DNA from: Octopus vulgaris
Lineage: Eukaryota
DNA length: 64,000 bases
Assembly (NCBI GenBank): GCA_951406725.2
Contig: OX597817.1
Coordinates: 36,456,001-36,520,000 of the forward strand
Direction of reading: 5' to 3'
The position numbers and the translations under genes were made by a program. The notes under the pieces were generated by a model. The model was not told the origin of the DNA. It saw nothing but the letters and a program-made list of their open reading frames with translations, and ran no database searches. This document shows positions 26,892 to 40,325 of this stretch, in pieces (position 1 is the first letter of the stretch; each line of letters begins with the position of its first letter).

Positions 26892-27770
26892 ATAGTAATT
26901 CTTTAAAACGCCAGTATATATGTAAATCAAAATATAGTGATTAGTATGTAGGAATAACATTGTATATAGTCTCAAAGATATATTGCACAGTGAATAAACT
27001 AGACGTATGAGAAAGTACGCTGTTGGTTTTATATCACCCAGATGTCAGCAAATTGAGTAGACTTGCGGTCGAAAGTACTCTGCTTAAGAGCATACTCATA
27101 TTTTGTGTATCTGAATAATTATTTTCCAATATGTTTCTCAATTTCCAAGGTAGTAGGGTGCGATTTGGCGTACATTTACGTTTAAAACTGCGGTCGTTCA
27201 GGTATACCTAGTTCAACTTCCTGAGATGGATTAGGCGGCTGGGATTTTATATAGTAGGACCTTGGACCAGCTATCCTGGAATCCCTGAGCAGTGCCATTC
27301 AACGAAGTGTGATGCGGGAAGTGTGGTACTCAGTGAATACAGTGGTGATTTTAGTGAAGGATATAGCAAGGAAATGGTGATTGTGATGGAGAGATCGACA
27401 GAATGAGAGTCGAGATCCACATTAAGATGTTCAACTGACGACCGACCTCAGTTCCTAGTTGAGGTCAGTTGTCAGTTAAATCCCTAACAACGTCTAGAAG
27501 TTTAACAGAGAGTATGGAAAATCCAGTGAAGGATTTGAGAACTTTTCTTTTCCTGTCTATTGAAAATGCACATTAAGATATGAAAAACAAAAACATTATA
27601 GTGGTAGTTAAAGCGAGAGCACAGCCGTGTACTCAGTAAAAGTCAGCCCAGATATACGCGCGCACACACGTGTGTGTGTTTGTGAACATGCATGTCTAAA
27701 TATGCGTGTTAGTGTTTTAATGAATACACAATAGTGCTCTATTTTTATCTTTTACTATTATTTGTTATAA

Positions 27771-28030
27771 AAGCACGTGGCTTAGTGTTATAAAAGCACG
27801 TGTCAGCATCATGATCATAAGATTGTGCTTTCGATTCCTGGGCCGAGCGACGCGTTGTGTTCTTGAGCAAAACCCTTCATTTCACGTTACTCCAGTCCAC
27901 TCAGCTGGCAAAAATGAGTAACGCTGCGATGGACTGGCGTCCCGTCCAGCTGGGGAACACATACACCATAGAAACCGGTAAACCGGGCCCATGCGCCTGG
28001 CTATGCTTTAACAGGGCGCATTTATTTTAT
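27771..28030 (+). mobile_element. tRNA-derived SINE, family D
   Basis: gcacgtggcttagtg head, ttcgattcc B-box and ttgagcaa..cttcatttcacgtt.ctccagtccactcagctg core shared with 37272. Confidence 0.75.
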
Positions 28031-28700
28031 TATTATTTGTTCTTTCGTATGTTCATGTGCATTTTTTGTGGTTGTGAATAGGAAAGTCCTCAAATCTATC
28101 ACTTAGTTTTCTGCACGTTAATAGTCACGTTTTGTAGGTGGAGAATTATTAGCGTACCTTACTGCCGCTATGCAGTTGACAATGTGATACATATGGACAG
28201 CGGATGTCCACTCAGATACAAAATGTTAATGGTGAAATCTCAATTTATTATAACATTCACATATTCTTCAACAAGTATTGTACTCGTTGCAGAAATACTT
28301 CAAATCAAGCTGGCACTTATCAGCAGGCGTTATTTCAAGACAATATGAGACAGCCGTATAGACACCCACACGTAAACATAACACAATGAATCTATGAGAC
28401 ACTAAACTTGTTAAAATAAATAAATCACAGAATCAATTGCATATTAATTCTAGAAATGAAGACAGAATTCAAAATATATTACATTGAATTATAAACAGGA
28501 GAAATTATTAGAAAAAATTCTAGCATTCTTATCATATAACAATCTACAAGCATATAAACACACGAACATGCTATTTGTAACCAAAGTATTTTAGAGATTT
28601 GCTTGCAAATATAATTGTATTATGATATTAATATTATTGATAATTGTAAACTTCAGGATATCAGCTTTTATATTTGTCATCGTATGACAAAAATACAATA

Positions 28701-29097
28701 CTAGCAGTATCGCCCGGCGTTGCTCGGGTTTGTAAGGGAAAAAAACTATATAAGCATTTTTAGAGATGTAAAGTATAATAGCCATCTCAATATGGCTAAC
28801 CACAAGGGGGGGGTGTTACTGTAACTTTTTACGTTCTGAGATTTAATAATAAATTTTTAGAGTGTTACTTCCCTTATATATGCCAAAAATGCATTAAAAA
28901 TGGGAAAAATTGATGGTAAATCTTTTTTAAAATCGTAGACTCATCGTAGACGCGCGCTAATACGCAGAAGGGCTCGATATGAATCACGACTATAAGATAC
29001 CCGGTTTTGGTTAAACTGCACCGCAAAATGTGGGAGTAGTTAGGAATCTAAATCGTAGTAGGCAGACAGCACACAACCTCACTTTTATATATAAAGA
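28701..29097 (-). mobile_element. Complete non-autonomous Helitron (397 bp)
   Basis: Minus strand: A|TCtttatatataaaag ... acccgagcaacgccgggc hairpin ... CTAG|T. Inserted between A and T with no TSD. Confidence 0.85.
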
Positions 29098-29568
29098 TTT
29101 TCACAGGAGCGAGTTGCTGCACTCGCAAAATTAACTCTAGATTTTTACTGCTGTGTAGCCTCGCTAGATATTTTATCGTCTGCCTTTGTAACGATCGCGT
29201 GCGACGCATCTATATCTTTACCGCTCTCCTTCCTCATACTCCTCTCTATGTCTTGAAACAGAATTTCATAGTTTCCTCGAACGCGGAAGAAATTGGTGAC
29301 AAATTCATGTTTTTAGCTGTTTCCTCCTTGAAACAAGGGGGGAAATGACAGCAAAATTCTGCTGTAACAGCAGAAAAGAAGTGGTCTCGACGACCAAAAC
29401 GGTACAATCTTCAGCTCAAAAACAATCTTTCACTGTGGAGCAAAGAATAACACGACCGAAAAACAATTCCATCAGTGACATCGCCGGCCCACAATGCGGT
29501 TACAACAAGGAGCAATTTCAATGCAATTTCCTCCCTTAATGCAAAGCAAAACTAGACAAATATTAATA

Positions 29569-31108
29569 CAGCGTATCCCCGCGGTCCCAGTTATTCGCGG
29601 AACTGATAATTGGTCGCGGAAACCACTGCATATTCGCAGAATCAGAAATATCGCCCGCGAATTTTTATGACCTTTTATTGTAGCAATATATACATTTCCA
29701 CACTTTTTAAGGCTAAACTATTCATGATAACATAACGTAATCGCCGGTTTATTGGACGCCCCTTCGCAGCAGATTTTTCGCTTGATTGTTTTTAGATACA
29801 AGTACACTGTATCTTGTATCTCTTATTCCTACTTCCAATCAAAGCTTGCCAATTAGTAGAGCGACTACCAGCGCATTTTTAAAAATCATCGCTACATTTG
29901 ATCACACACAATGTTTATTTCAACAGGATAATTTTTAAGGTTGTGAGCCAGTATAGCCTCATTGAAATTAAGTTACTTACTGATCCCCTCCTCTCTCTCT
30001 CTCTCCCTCACTCACTTACTCTCTCAGTATAGATTACTGTATCTAGTGGTAATACAAACCAAACTTTTCAAAACAATGATTATTTTTAATCTCTGCTCAA
30101 TCTCCCATTGGTGGTAAGCGCATATTAGAGGCAATGAAGATTTTTTTGTAGTTTTTTTTATTGGAAAACTTGCGTCCAGTAGTTATCTCCAGTGTTTTGT
30201 TGAGTGCTGTGTTTTTCGCAGCGTGTTATTAAAACCCTAAGATCCCACCCAAACTCCCTGCACCTTCTAAGGCTTCTGGCAGTGAACCTTAGCGCCAGAA
30301 AAAAGTTATGACGTTCCATGAGATGGCACAACTGCTGGATATGTTCCGGGAAAGTAAAAGTTATGCTACAGTAGGTCGCTGTTATGTTGTCAACGAAAGA
30401 ACCATACGCCACATAAAGAAGAACGAGGTGGCGACCAGGTCCACTGTACCAGTAAGTTTCTGTGAAAGTGTCAAAATAATAACGATAGTGAGAAATAAGC
30501 ACTTCGTGGGTATGGAATCTGCCTTGGCATTGTGGATCAGTGACTGCAAGAAGAAAAACATCCCCTTGGGCGGCAACATTATCCGCGAGAAAGCGTGGAA
30601 ATTATACCAGCAGTGCGACAGAGGAGAAGAAGCAGAAGGCACCGAAGAACTGCAACCAAGACCATTGACAGCACCGGAGCCCGAAAACTTTCAAACCACC
30701 CAGTGGTGGTTTAACCGTTTCCAGAAACGGTTTAAAATAAAGTGTGTTTCCCTGCATGGAGAGACAGCATCAGCCGATAAAAAAGCCGCCGAGAAGTGCC
30801 TCGAGACCTTCAGGTAGATCATCGAGGACAAGGGATACAAGCCTGAACAGGTTTTCAGTGTGGACGAGGCTGGCTTGTGTTTGAAGAAGATGCCTTCCAG
30901 AACGCACATCTATACAGGATGAAATCAGAGCCCCAGCATTTAAAGCACAGAAGGACAGAGTGGTGTTAATTGCGTGTGGCAATGTTGCTAGCTTCATGAT
31001 GAAACCAGGATTGATCTACAAGCCCACGAACCCGAGGGCCTTCAAAAATAAGAATAAAAATTTGCTGTCTGTCCACTTGATGCACAAGCTCAAGGCCTCG
31101 ATTACTCC
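29569..31108 (+). mobile_element. Tigger/pogo DNA transposon, 3'-truncated
   Basis: TA|CAG left end. The transposase has HTH_psq and CENP-B-type HTH regions (MESALALWISDCKKKNIPL..IIREKA, WFNRFQKR, LHGETASAD) and the start of a DDE_1 domain (QVFSVDEAGL, KDRVVLIACGN..KP). Confidence 0.9.
30308..31108 (+). pseudogene. Tigger transposase pseudogene
   Basis: Stop at 30815-30817, frameshift near 30910 and truncation by the adjacent LINE fragment. Confidence 0.85.
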
Positions 31109-31109
31109 C

Positions 31110-31545
31110 AAGTCTGTGATGCTGTTCAATGCCGTGGGAGTTTCACCTGAAGGAAGCGAGTATGAGAGTTTCATTGTATCCTCTTTTCCGAAGTAGATCA
31201 ACTCAAATTTGTCCTTAATCAAAAGCATATTATTCTTTACCATCCACTGGATGACAGTCAGTAGATTTGACTAAAGTCATGCCCGGTCACCCACTTCATT
31301 GATGACATACTGGATCTTGGAATCATCTGCAACGTTTCTTGTGTTACTGCGCTTGAGGATGTCAGTAATGTCATTGATATAGATGTTGAAAAGAAGTGGT
31401 CCCAACATAATGCCTTCTGGAACACCACTACTGACTTTGGCTGGGCTTGATTTTACACCTTCGACTACAACGTGATGGGTTCTGCCTGTCAGGAAACACT
31501 TGCTCCATTGTAGTAACTTTCCAGAGACCCCAATATTGGATAGAT
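31110..31545 (-). mobile_element. CR1/L2/Jockey-type LINE reverse-transcriptase fragment
   Basis: Hand translation of the minus strand: GVSGKLLQWSKCFLTGRTHHVVVEG..SGVPEGIMLGPLLFNIYINDITD..NVADDSKI, matching GVPQGS.LGP and F/YADD motifs. Confidence 0.85.
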
Positions 31546-31599
31546 TTTTTGTATATTCACTAAGACATACACATACATATATTTACATATATTTACATA

Positions 31600-31845
31600 T
31601 ATAACTGGCACTCTGTCGGTTACGACGTCGTGGGTTCCAATTAGTCCGAATCAACCGAACAGTCTGCTCGTGGCTGATCACTCCACAGACACGCCTAAAA
31701 CAGAATGTGACAAGGCCGGCCGTTTGAATTAAATATACAAATAGCTGAATAGACTGGAACAATGTCAAATAAAGTATTTTGCGCCGCCGGGAATCGGACT
31801 CACTACTTTGCAATCATCAGCCGAATGCGCTAACCACTAAAAAAC
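31600..31845 (-). mobile_element. Degenerate SINE related to family C
   Basis: Matches the 3' part of 35649-36033 (gtcgtcgtaaccgac, gtgtctgtggagtg) and has a tRNA-like head. Confidence 0.65.
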
Positions 31846-31928
31846 GTGACTTCACTACATACGTACATAATGCATACATACTTACGTATTTATACATACA
31901 TACATACATACATACATACATACATACA

Positions 31929-31961
<33 letters not shown>

Positions 31962-33139
31962 TTATTTATTTATTTATTTAATAGTTCTTCACACTACCTT
32001 CAATTCGTCAATACGCATAAACAGAGAAACATAGGCGCGCACATTCACACAGTGTCATAATTAACCAAAAGTGAGATAAACAAAACGAAAAATATTCATT
32101 AATGTATAGATTATTTTTCCCTTATTATATATTTATATATTTAATTTAGAAAATTAATACTGAAAAATCTGAGGTAAGATCAAAAGAATATTATGGCTAA
32201 ACATTTTACTTTTAAATTCCAACTGAAACAAAGGAATCTCACAAAAAGGAGATTTTTTTTCTAAACTCCATTATTCAACTTCTTAGATTTACCTTTTGTG
32301 TAAATATGGTCATAATGAATATAGAAATAAATAATTATGTTTCTTTTTGCACAATTCTCTACTTTGAACACAGAATATATTATTTAGTATTTACAATCGC
32401 CTATAGGAATGAAATGAGAATTATGATTTTTTAATATTTTCTGTTTTTCTATTTTCTTTTTTTTTTTTCATGCTTCTTTCATTGAAGTTTACTTCAGAAA
32501 CCTGAATATTGTATTTTTGGTTAGGATTTTAATGGAAACTATATTTGATGTCATTCTTTTCCTTCTTTCATTTTCAATATTGAAATAGAGGCTAAATTTT
32601 CTTTTACCATATTGAATTGAAATTCGCAGAAAATATATTCAGCTGTATTATTAAGGAAAGTTAACATTTAACATAGTCTTTTCATATGGAATTATTTATG
32701 TTAAAATAGGGACACAATAATTCGTTTCTATGTTTAGATTATACGTACTATTTGTGTGTTGGAGTGTGTGAGTTTGTGTGTCTGTTTTCGTGTGTATAAA
32801 TGTGTGTACACATGCGTGTTTTTATCACTTATGTATGTCGCAAGATCAATTAAATGCGCTATGTATCATTGTAAAGGAATAGAGCAGAGAGTTATACGAA
32901 TATGTGTATAGGTATTTATGTAATTAAATTCCGAGTCTAGTTTCACTATATTCTTTAACCAAGTACTTCCTAGTATCAACCGATATGAAACGGAAGTAAG
33001 AGTAGGCGATTTCTGCGAATACCTCAGCATTTACTTTGTTTTTGTGTGCTGATTTCCGAGTACTTCCATAGGCTCTCCAGTTCCTGGCATTTATGCCATT
33101 AATAATGCTCTTCCATTTTCAATTCGTCCTTTTTATTAT

Positions 33140-34440
33140 CTACACGTCATTTCTCTGTTCTTTCTGCACACTGTCATCCCACATGATAATGATCTCCACA
33201 TCCTCAAGTTCTTCCTAGAACTTCGTGCTAACATTGAGCTTAATAACCCTATCCTCCTCTGTGTGGCTGAACTTGTTCTTGCCTTTTCCAACGGCAAATT
33301 TAAACAGAGGTCAATCAATGGGGTGGCTATGGAAAATAGGATGGGCCTTATCTATACTAATATGTTTGTTGGCTATGCTGCGACTCATATCTTTATCCAG
33401 TTCACTGGTCCTACCTTAGAACTTTATAATTGTTAGATTGATGATTGCATCAGTACCACTTCTCTCACGTATTCAAAATTTATCACTTTCATCAACCTCG
33501 TCGATTCCTGCCACCCACTCCCCTATTAATTTCTGTTAATTTCTTTGGCATCCCAGTCGCCATTCAGGACCAGAAGCTACCTAACGCTCCATCCCCAGTC
33601 CATAAACCGACTGACTCCCATACTACCTGAATTTCGTATCTTCACTTCAATTAATCTAAATCTTAAAACTTTGCTCAAAATTCCTACGCCTTCACAGACT
33701 TAATTGCTGTGATAAGGCATCTGAGATATAGTCTCATTTGATAGCCTTCCTGCTCACATCCGGGTTATTGTCAGCTAAACCTGACATCTCTGAAATCATA
33801 CCACGCACCCGTTCCACCCTCATCTGTTTGGTAATCAACTCATCTTCCGTCTTTATATTTTATTCCGTCAACGGCTCATCTTGTGCGCTTTCTACCGCTT
33901 TCGCTTGGGCTCTGCCTCTTCTCCATGTTCCATGAACGTCTCTTCCCTCCTTCAAACAGGTTACTAATTTGCATGTTTTCTTAGTTCGTGACATATCCAT
34001 TCTAAACTCAAGCCAAATCTTTCCCCTGCGTCCCAGCCCAGTATAACACATACTTTTGCATCGACAAAACAACTACACTTCTTGGATCCAACCAGCATCA
34101 CTTCTTTTTCATAGATAATTTCAACTACATCATTACAAATGTCATTTGCTGTTTTAGATGTTAGTTTTGCGATCTGTTATATTTTCAGCAACCGTATGTT
34201 AACGTATCGCATCACGGCTGTCCGCTTAACAAAACCTTATCAGTTGTCGGTCTATCTTTCGACTCATTTGCACAGACTATATTTCATCTCTTTGTCAATA
34301 GTGTAATTTCATACCACAGAACTCTTGCTATGCGCTACACAGACGACAACGCCCTTAGCTTCAACCTCGACTACTCCACCTTTTTGGTTTTGAGTAGCGC
34401 AATCACGTTCACACTAAACGCATCCAACCAAACTTCATTC
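33140..34440 (+). mobile_element. Degenerate Penelope-like element (RT + GIY-YIG remnant)
   Basis: Frameshifted motifs: G.AM..RMG..Y.NMFVGY (~33320-33378), *IDDC (~33432-33448), HKPTDSH..YL (33601-33630) and a Cys-rich NVI..C..C..LY linker (~34135-34185). Confidence 0.75.
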
Positions 34441-35648
34441 CATGCTCCCACATAGCACTCCAAGCTTACACACACATCTCACAAAACACATACACATTCA
34501 AATATACATCTCTACAGCTATAGACTTGTTAAGTACACACACTGGCAAACGGGCGTAACTACTTACTCCACATTTGCACAAGCATGCATATGCATTCATT
34601 CGTACACTGTCTCATCTTATACCAACAAACATACTACTAATCAAACTTCTCTGCACACATTTCCTCACCATAAGGCACCACATGTAACCATCACATACAA
34701 GTACTCATCATTTACCACATTCAAATCATATACATCCGTATCACCACGAAACTTATTACATCGCACATATGCTCACAAATCAACACAATTATGTATGTAT
34801 GCGTTTTGTGCAGCATGTGTGCGTGCGTGTGTGTATGCACGTATACAGTTGTAACTATTTAAATATACATTCTTAGCTTGATGTAATATATTGCAACAAT
34901 GACTGTTGCTCACCAATTTACATGAATTTTGTAATCATTGTCACATATTAGACGCTATTTAACATGTATATAAATGAATACCTGTCAAATTTAACTCTGG
35001 TTCTTTTAACATATGTACACATACCAATACTATGAGCTCGTCTAAGTCGACTACCTGGCAGAATATTTAGCTCACTGGGAAAAATGCTTAGCAGCATTTC
35101 GTCTGTCCTTGCGCTCTGAGTTCATATTCTGCCGAGGTCGACTTTACTTCCCATTCTTTCTGGGTCGATAAAATAGAACGTTGAGGTCGACATAATCGAT
35201 TTACCCCACTCCCAGGAAGATGCTGGCATCGTGCCAAAATTTGAAATCAATGCTATGAACTTCTCCTTTCCCTCTCATTTTCACTCGCACGTTAGCAATA
35301 TATGCATATATATATATGCATGTATATATATATACAAACACACATATAAATACACACACACAGAGAAATGATCTTAATAGCTGCCTCTGAACGCCATATG
35401 TTATTGGCTGTATCCTTAGCAGGGCCTTCAAGATGTGATGTTCCTTCCGAATGTTTGCAAGTCAGCACTTGCGGAAAATATACAGGCAAGTAAGGATGTG
35501 TATGTATATGTATGTGTGAGTAGTGTGTGTCTGTGTATGAGTTTTACGCGTGTATGTGAGTATGTGTGGTATGTGCATGCATATGTGTGCGTGTGTGTGT
35601 ATGTGTGTATGTGTGTATATGTGTGTATGAGTGGGTATATAGAGAAAC

Positions 35649-36033
35649 GGAGGCGCAATGGCCCAGTGGTTAGGGCAGCGGACTCGCGGTCATAGGATCG
35701 CGGTTTCGATTCCCAGAACGGGCGTTGTGAGTGTTTATTGAGCGAAAACACCTAAAGCTCCACGAGTCTCCGGCAGGGGATGGTGGTGATCCCTGCTGTA
35801 CTCTTTCACCACAACTCTCTCTCACTCTTACTTCCTGTTTCTGTTGTACCTGCATTTCAAAGGGCCGGCCTTGTCACTCTCTGTGTCACGCTGAATATCC
35901 CCGAGAACTACGTTAAGGGTGCACGTGTCTGTGGAGTGCTCCGCCACTTACACGTTAATTTCACGAGCAGGCTGTTCCGTTGATTCGGATCAACCGGAAC
36001 CCTCGTCGTCGTAACCGACGGAGTGCTTCCAAC
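35649..36033 (+). mobile_element. Full-length tRNA-derived SINE, family C, with 12-bp TSD
   Basis: A box tggcccagtgg and B box ggtttcgattcc. TSD atatagagaaac at 35637-35648 and 36034-36045. Confidence 0.92.
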
Positions 36034-36399
36034 ATATAGAGAAACACAGGACTTTATGTATGATATATTTGGTGTCAGAGGTTTTCCAGACACTTGTTTA
36101 TTTTCGTGATTTCCATTCCACTTCCAGAAACCTCTGAATAATTTCACACTACAGTTAGCTTGGTAATATCTGGCCAGGAATAAGTATTTTGTTTATATAA
36201 TGGATTTCAAAGATACTCTACTCACTAATGTTGTGAGTTTCCCAAACCTCCTGTGTTTTGTGATACTTGTAGCTATTATGACTATGAGGTAGTTCTTCAT
36301 AATTACTATGAGCACAAATTATGTCTATCATCACACACAATCACACGCACACACATATTCTTACGCACATGTCACACCTTGATATACATACATTCATAC

Positions 36400-36674
<275 letters not shown>

Positions 36675-37271
36675 GGAGGTACACACACAAACACACGCAC
36701 ACGAAATAGTGTGCTTGTCTCAGAAGTTACCTATCGATATGTATGTAAGTATAAGAAATTTCTATTATTGTTATTACGTTTGCTGTGTTGTTTTTTTCTT
36801 TGGAGTTGTTGCTGTTGTTATTATTATTGTTGGTGTTGTTGTTATCTCATTCAGGCGGGCGGATCAACGCGCTATTAATTTTTGGACAATTAATTACCTC
36901 TATTGTATATAAATTGCGTTTTATCTTTCCAGTACATTTTCTTACACCGTTAGTAACTCACAAAGAGTGTTGATATATTTATTTCATTATCTACTTATTT
37001 ATTAATTGTTGAATATCTACTGTATATGCGTGTGTAGACTTATACACGTATACAAACACAAGGGTAAATATTCTTTGGCACTTTCCTAGGGCCCAACCGC
37101 TGGGCTGTTGCCATGCAGTGTTACTGCTCTGGTACACATACACACAACCATATACGTTCATAGTGTATGTGTGTTTGTGAGATTCTATGCTTAATGTAAT
37201 AATTGTAATTTAGCGAATACGAATTTAGGTAGCGCGTGAGTTCACCCTTTGATTCGTCATATGCTACTTAA

Positions 37272-37522
37272 AGGCGCATGGCTCAGTGGTTAGAGCGTCG
37301 AGCTTACGATCGTGAGGTTGTGAGCTCGGATCCCGGACCGGGCTGCATGTTGTGCTCTTGAGCAAGACACTTTATTTCACGTTGCTCCAGTTCACTCAGC
37401 TGTACAAATGAGAAGCGACGTCACAGGTGCCAAGCTGTATCAGCCGTTGGAGGGTTGTGCCTGGGAGGGTTACTTTCTAGGTGCAATCCCATGGTCTGTG
37501 TCGTGACCGAAGGGGGTCTCAG
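37272..37522 (+). mobile_element. tRNA-derived SINE, family D
   Basis: A box tggctcagtgg and core ttgagcaagacac..ccagttcactcagctg. The direct repeat acttaaagg is present at both ends. Confidence 0.85.
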
Positions 37523-37780
37523 ACTTAAAGGAAACATGAAATCGTTTAAGTCACCTATCTCAACTATTTCAGAAGATTATACGAGCTTGCTGGCGAGTCA
37601 AACAGACCTATTTTTGTGACGCCTACAGAAGTGATATGTATTGAGACATACAGCGGAGTTTAATGTGTTCCTTTATGTGATGAAGGATAATGAGTTTTAA
37701 AAATATTTTCCCCCATAAATAACAACGCTGACAAATACCATAAAACTGATAGAATTATACCAACAGTAACAAAACCGTGA

Positions 37781-38195
37781 AGGTGGCTAGCTGGCAGAAT
37801 CGATAGCACACCGGCCGAAATGCGTAACCGTATTTCGTCTGCCGTTACATTCTGAGTTCAAATTCCGCCGAGGTCGACTTTGCCTTTCATCCTTTTGGGG
37901 TCGATAAATTAAGTACCAGTTACGCACTGGGGTCGATGTAATCAACTTAATCCGTTTGTCTGGCCTTGTTTGTCCCTTCTGTGTTTAGCCCCTTGTAGTT
38001 AGTAAAGAAATAGGTATTTCGTCTGCCGCTACGTTCTAAGTTCAAATTCCGCCGAGGTCAACTTTAACTTTCATCTTTTCGGGGTCGATTAAATAAGTAC
38101 CAGTTACACACTGGGGTCGATGTAATCGACTTAATCCGTTTGTCTGTCCTTGTTTGTCCCCTCTATGTTTAGCCCCTCGTAGGCAATAAAGAAAT
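37781..38195 (+). mobile_element. SINE family A, head plus two tandem bodies
   Basis: 37830-38012 is repeated at 38013-38195. Confidence 0.9.
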
Positions 38196-38673
38196 AAAAA
38201 TAACAGTAACAACACTAGCGACGGCACTTATAACCAGTAAATCAAGAATAACAGACGGAAAGGTTAATAGGTTGATGATAAATGAAATGAGGTTAAATAT
38301 AAGATTGTTATTGTTTGTATCGACGACATCAATAGAAACAATAGCAAACAGAATCGTAGCTATAAGACGAGTCGATGATAGAACTCAGATGCGACGCGGG
38401 GCAAGCTATAAATAACAGCTAAGTTTCCTTTAAATCATAACATTTAAAAAGCAAACACACGTTCTACAATATACGAGCAGATTTTATTGTTCTGGAAGCT
38501 AAAGCAACTGAAGTAAAGAATGAATAAGAAATATCAAAAATGAGAGGTTATGATAATTCTGTCATCTGAGGGAACTGAAATATAGGATGGGGCTGAGAAG
38601 ACAGACGTTTTTGAAAATTTCACAAAATCATTAATTTTAGCTGCAAACAAATTTTATTGACTTCTGTGTATTC

Positions 38674-39017
<344 letters not shown>

Positions 39018-39034
39018 TGTGGGCCGTTACCCCT

Positions 39035-39320
39035 TCCTGCTGAAACCGCATACGTCGATTCGGACTCCATATCAAAGATTGTCTGACGCGTTCCACATTT
39101 TCCAGGATCCGTACCATTCGTGGCGCTCCCACCAGTCTCCTAATTATTAGTGTACTTTGTGTACGAAGTGCATTCACCCAGCGTAAGATTGTGCTACGGG
39201 GGGAACAACCTGATTTGATGAATGTTGAAGTGACTCCGAACTCGCGCTGAACTGCTCTCTATTCTTCACGTAAGTGTCGTAGGGACACATGCGATGCTCA
39301 TTCGTCCACAACACCACTGA
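39035..39320 (-). mobile_element. Tc1/mariner-type transposase N-terminal (DUF4817-like HTH) remnant
   Basis: Hand translation across frameshifts: VQREF..NIH.NQVVP.RSTILRWVNALRT...GAPRMVRILENVERVRQSLIWSP. Confidence 0.7.
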
Positions 39321-39408
39321 TTGAAATGGAAAGAAACCCCGCACTGTACCTTTGGTCATAACATGGTTTGATGATATATATCCAGGGGTATAAACAACAA
39401 TAACAACA

Positions 39409-39462
<54 letters not shown>

Positions 39463-39802
39463 GCTACAACCATTGCAACAAGAAAACAACAATAATAATA
39501 ACCAAATATAGCTCAAAATGCAACATTCAACTTGGTAAGGAGAAAATAATTGACACAAGAACAATCAAAGAATCAAAGGATCATGAAAACCAGAGCTTCA
39601 TTTCTGGAGCCAAGCCTAACTGTGTTACTGAAAAATGAAGTGTAAGTAAATTGTAGGCTTCTATATGGATGTATTAACGAAATGTACGAAGAGGAGACAC
39701 ATTCCGGTGTTCAGTCTTTTCGCTCAAATTTCATGTATGATAATGAAACGAGAACAATTCAATGCATAGAAACTTAATCGAGTCAGAAATTATCTTAATT
39801 TC

Positions 39803-40182
39803 AACAAGAGCACTCAGAGAACGCAAACTTCCGCCGCGGCGATATCAATGTTCTCTCAACGATTAACTGAAGACGATATTTGAAATGAGAATATCTAAAA
39901 TATACTTGACTGGTCTCACAAACGAGAATACTAATAATGAAATCGACCGTTCTCAAAAGTTAAGTTAAAAAAAAAACAGGAAAAATAATTAAGAATCCTT
40001 GTCTGGTACCGGATCGATCCCAAAATCTAATCAGTTTGTACTAGTCAGGAGGCCAAACACCCTGAAAGATTTATCCGAATCCATCCAGCGGTTCTTGAGA
40101 TATCTTTTCCACGGACGAACAAACAAATAAACAAACGCGACTGAAAACAATACTTCAGCCTTAACGAAGGTAGAGATAATAA
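39803..40182. mobile_element. Helentron-associated (HINE/DINE-like) non-autonomous element
   Basis: Starts aacaagagcactcagag..aaacttccgcc and ends in the degenerate stem-loop tacttcagcctt-aacg-aaggtagagata, which is related to the 5' subterminal motif. Confidence 0.5.
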
Positions 40183-40290
40183 AGACAGTTTACTTAACTA
40201 TCGTATCATCCAGAAAGTAATTCTCTTCTGTACCAACTCCCTTGAAATGTGTAGACCTTCATTCAACACCCAAACGCACACTCACATCCA

Positions 40291-40325
<35 letters not shown>

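Noticed and set aside
27140-27490. Possible LTR fragment ending tccctaaca
   Set aside because: No matching 5' terminus or TSD could be identified.
35649-35720. Apparent tRNA gene (also 37272-37345)
   Set aside because: Continues into a SINE body with a TSD; it is a tRNA-derived head, not a cloverleaf gene.
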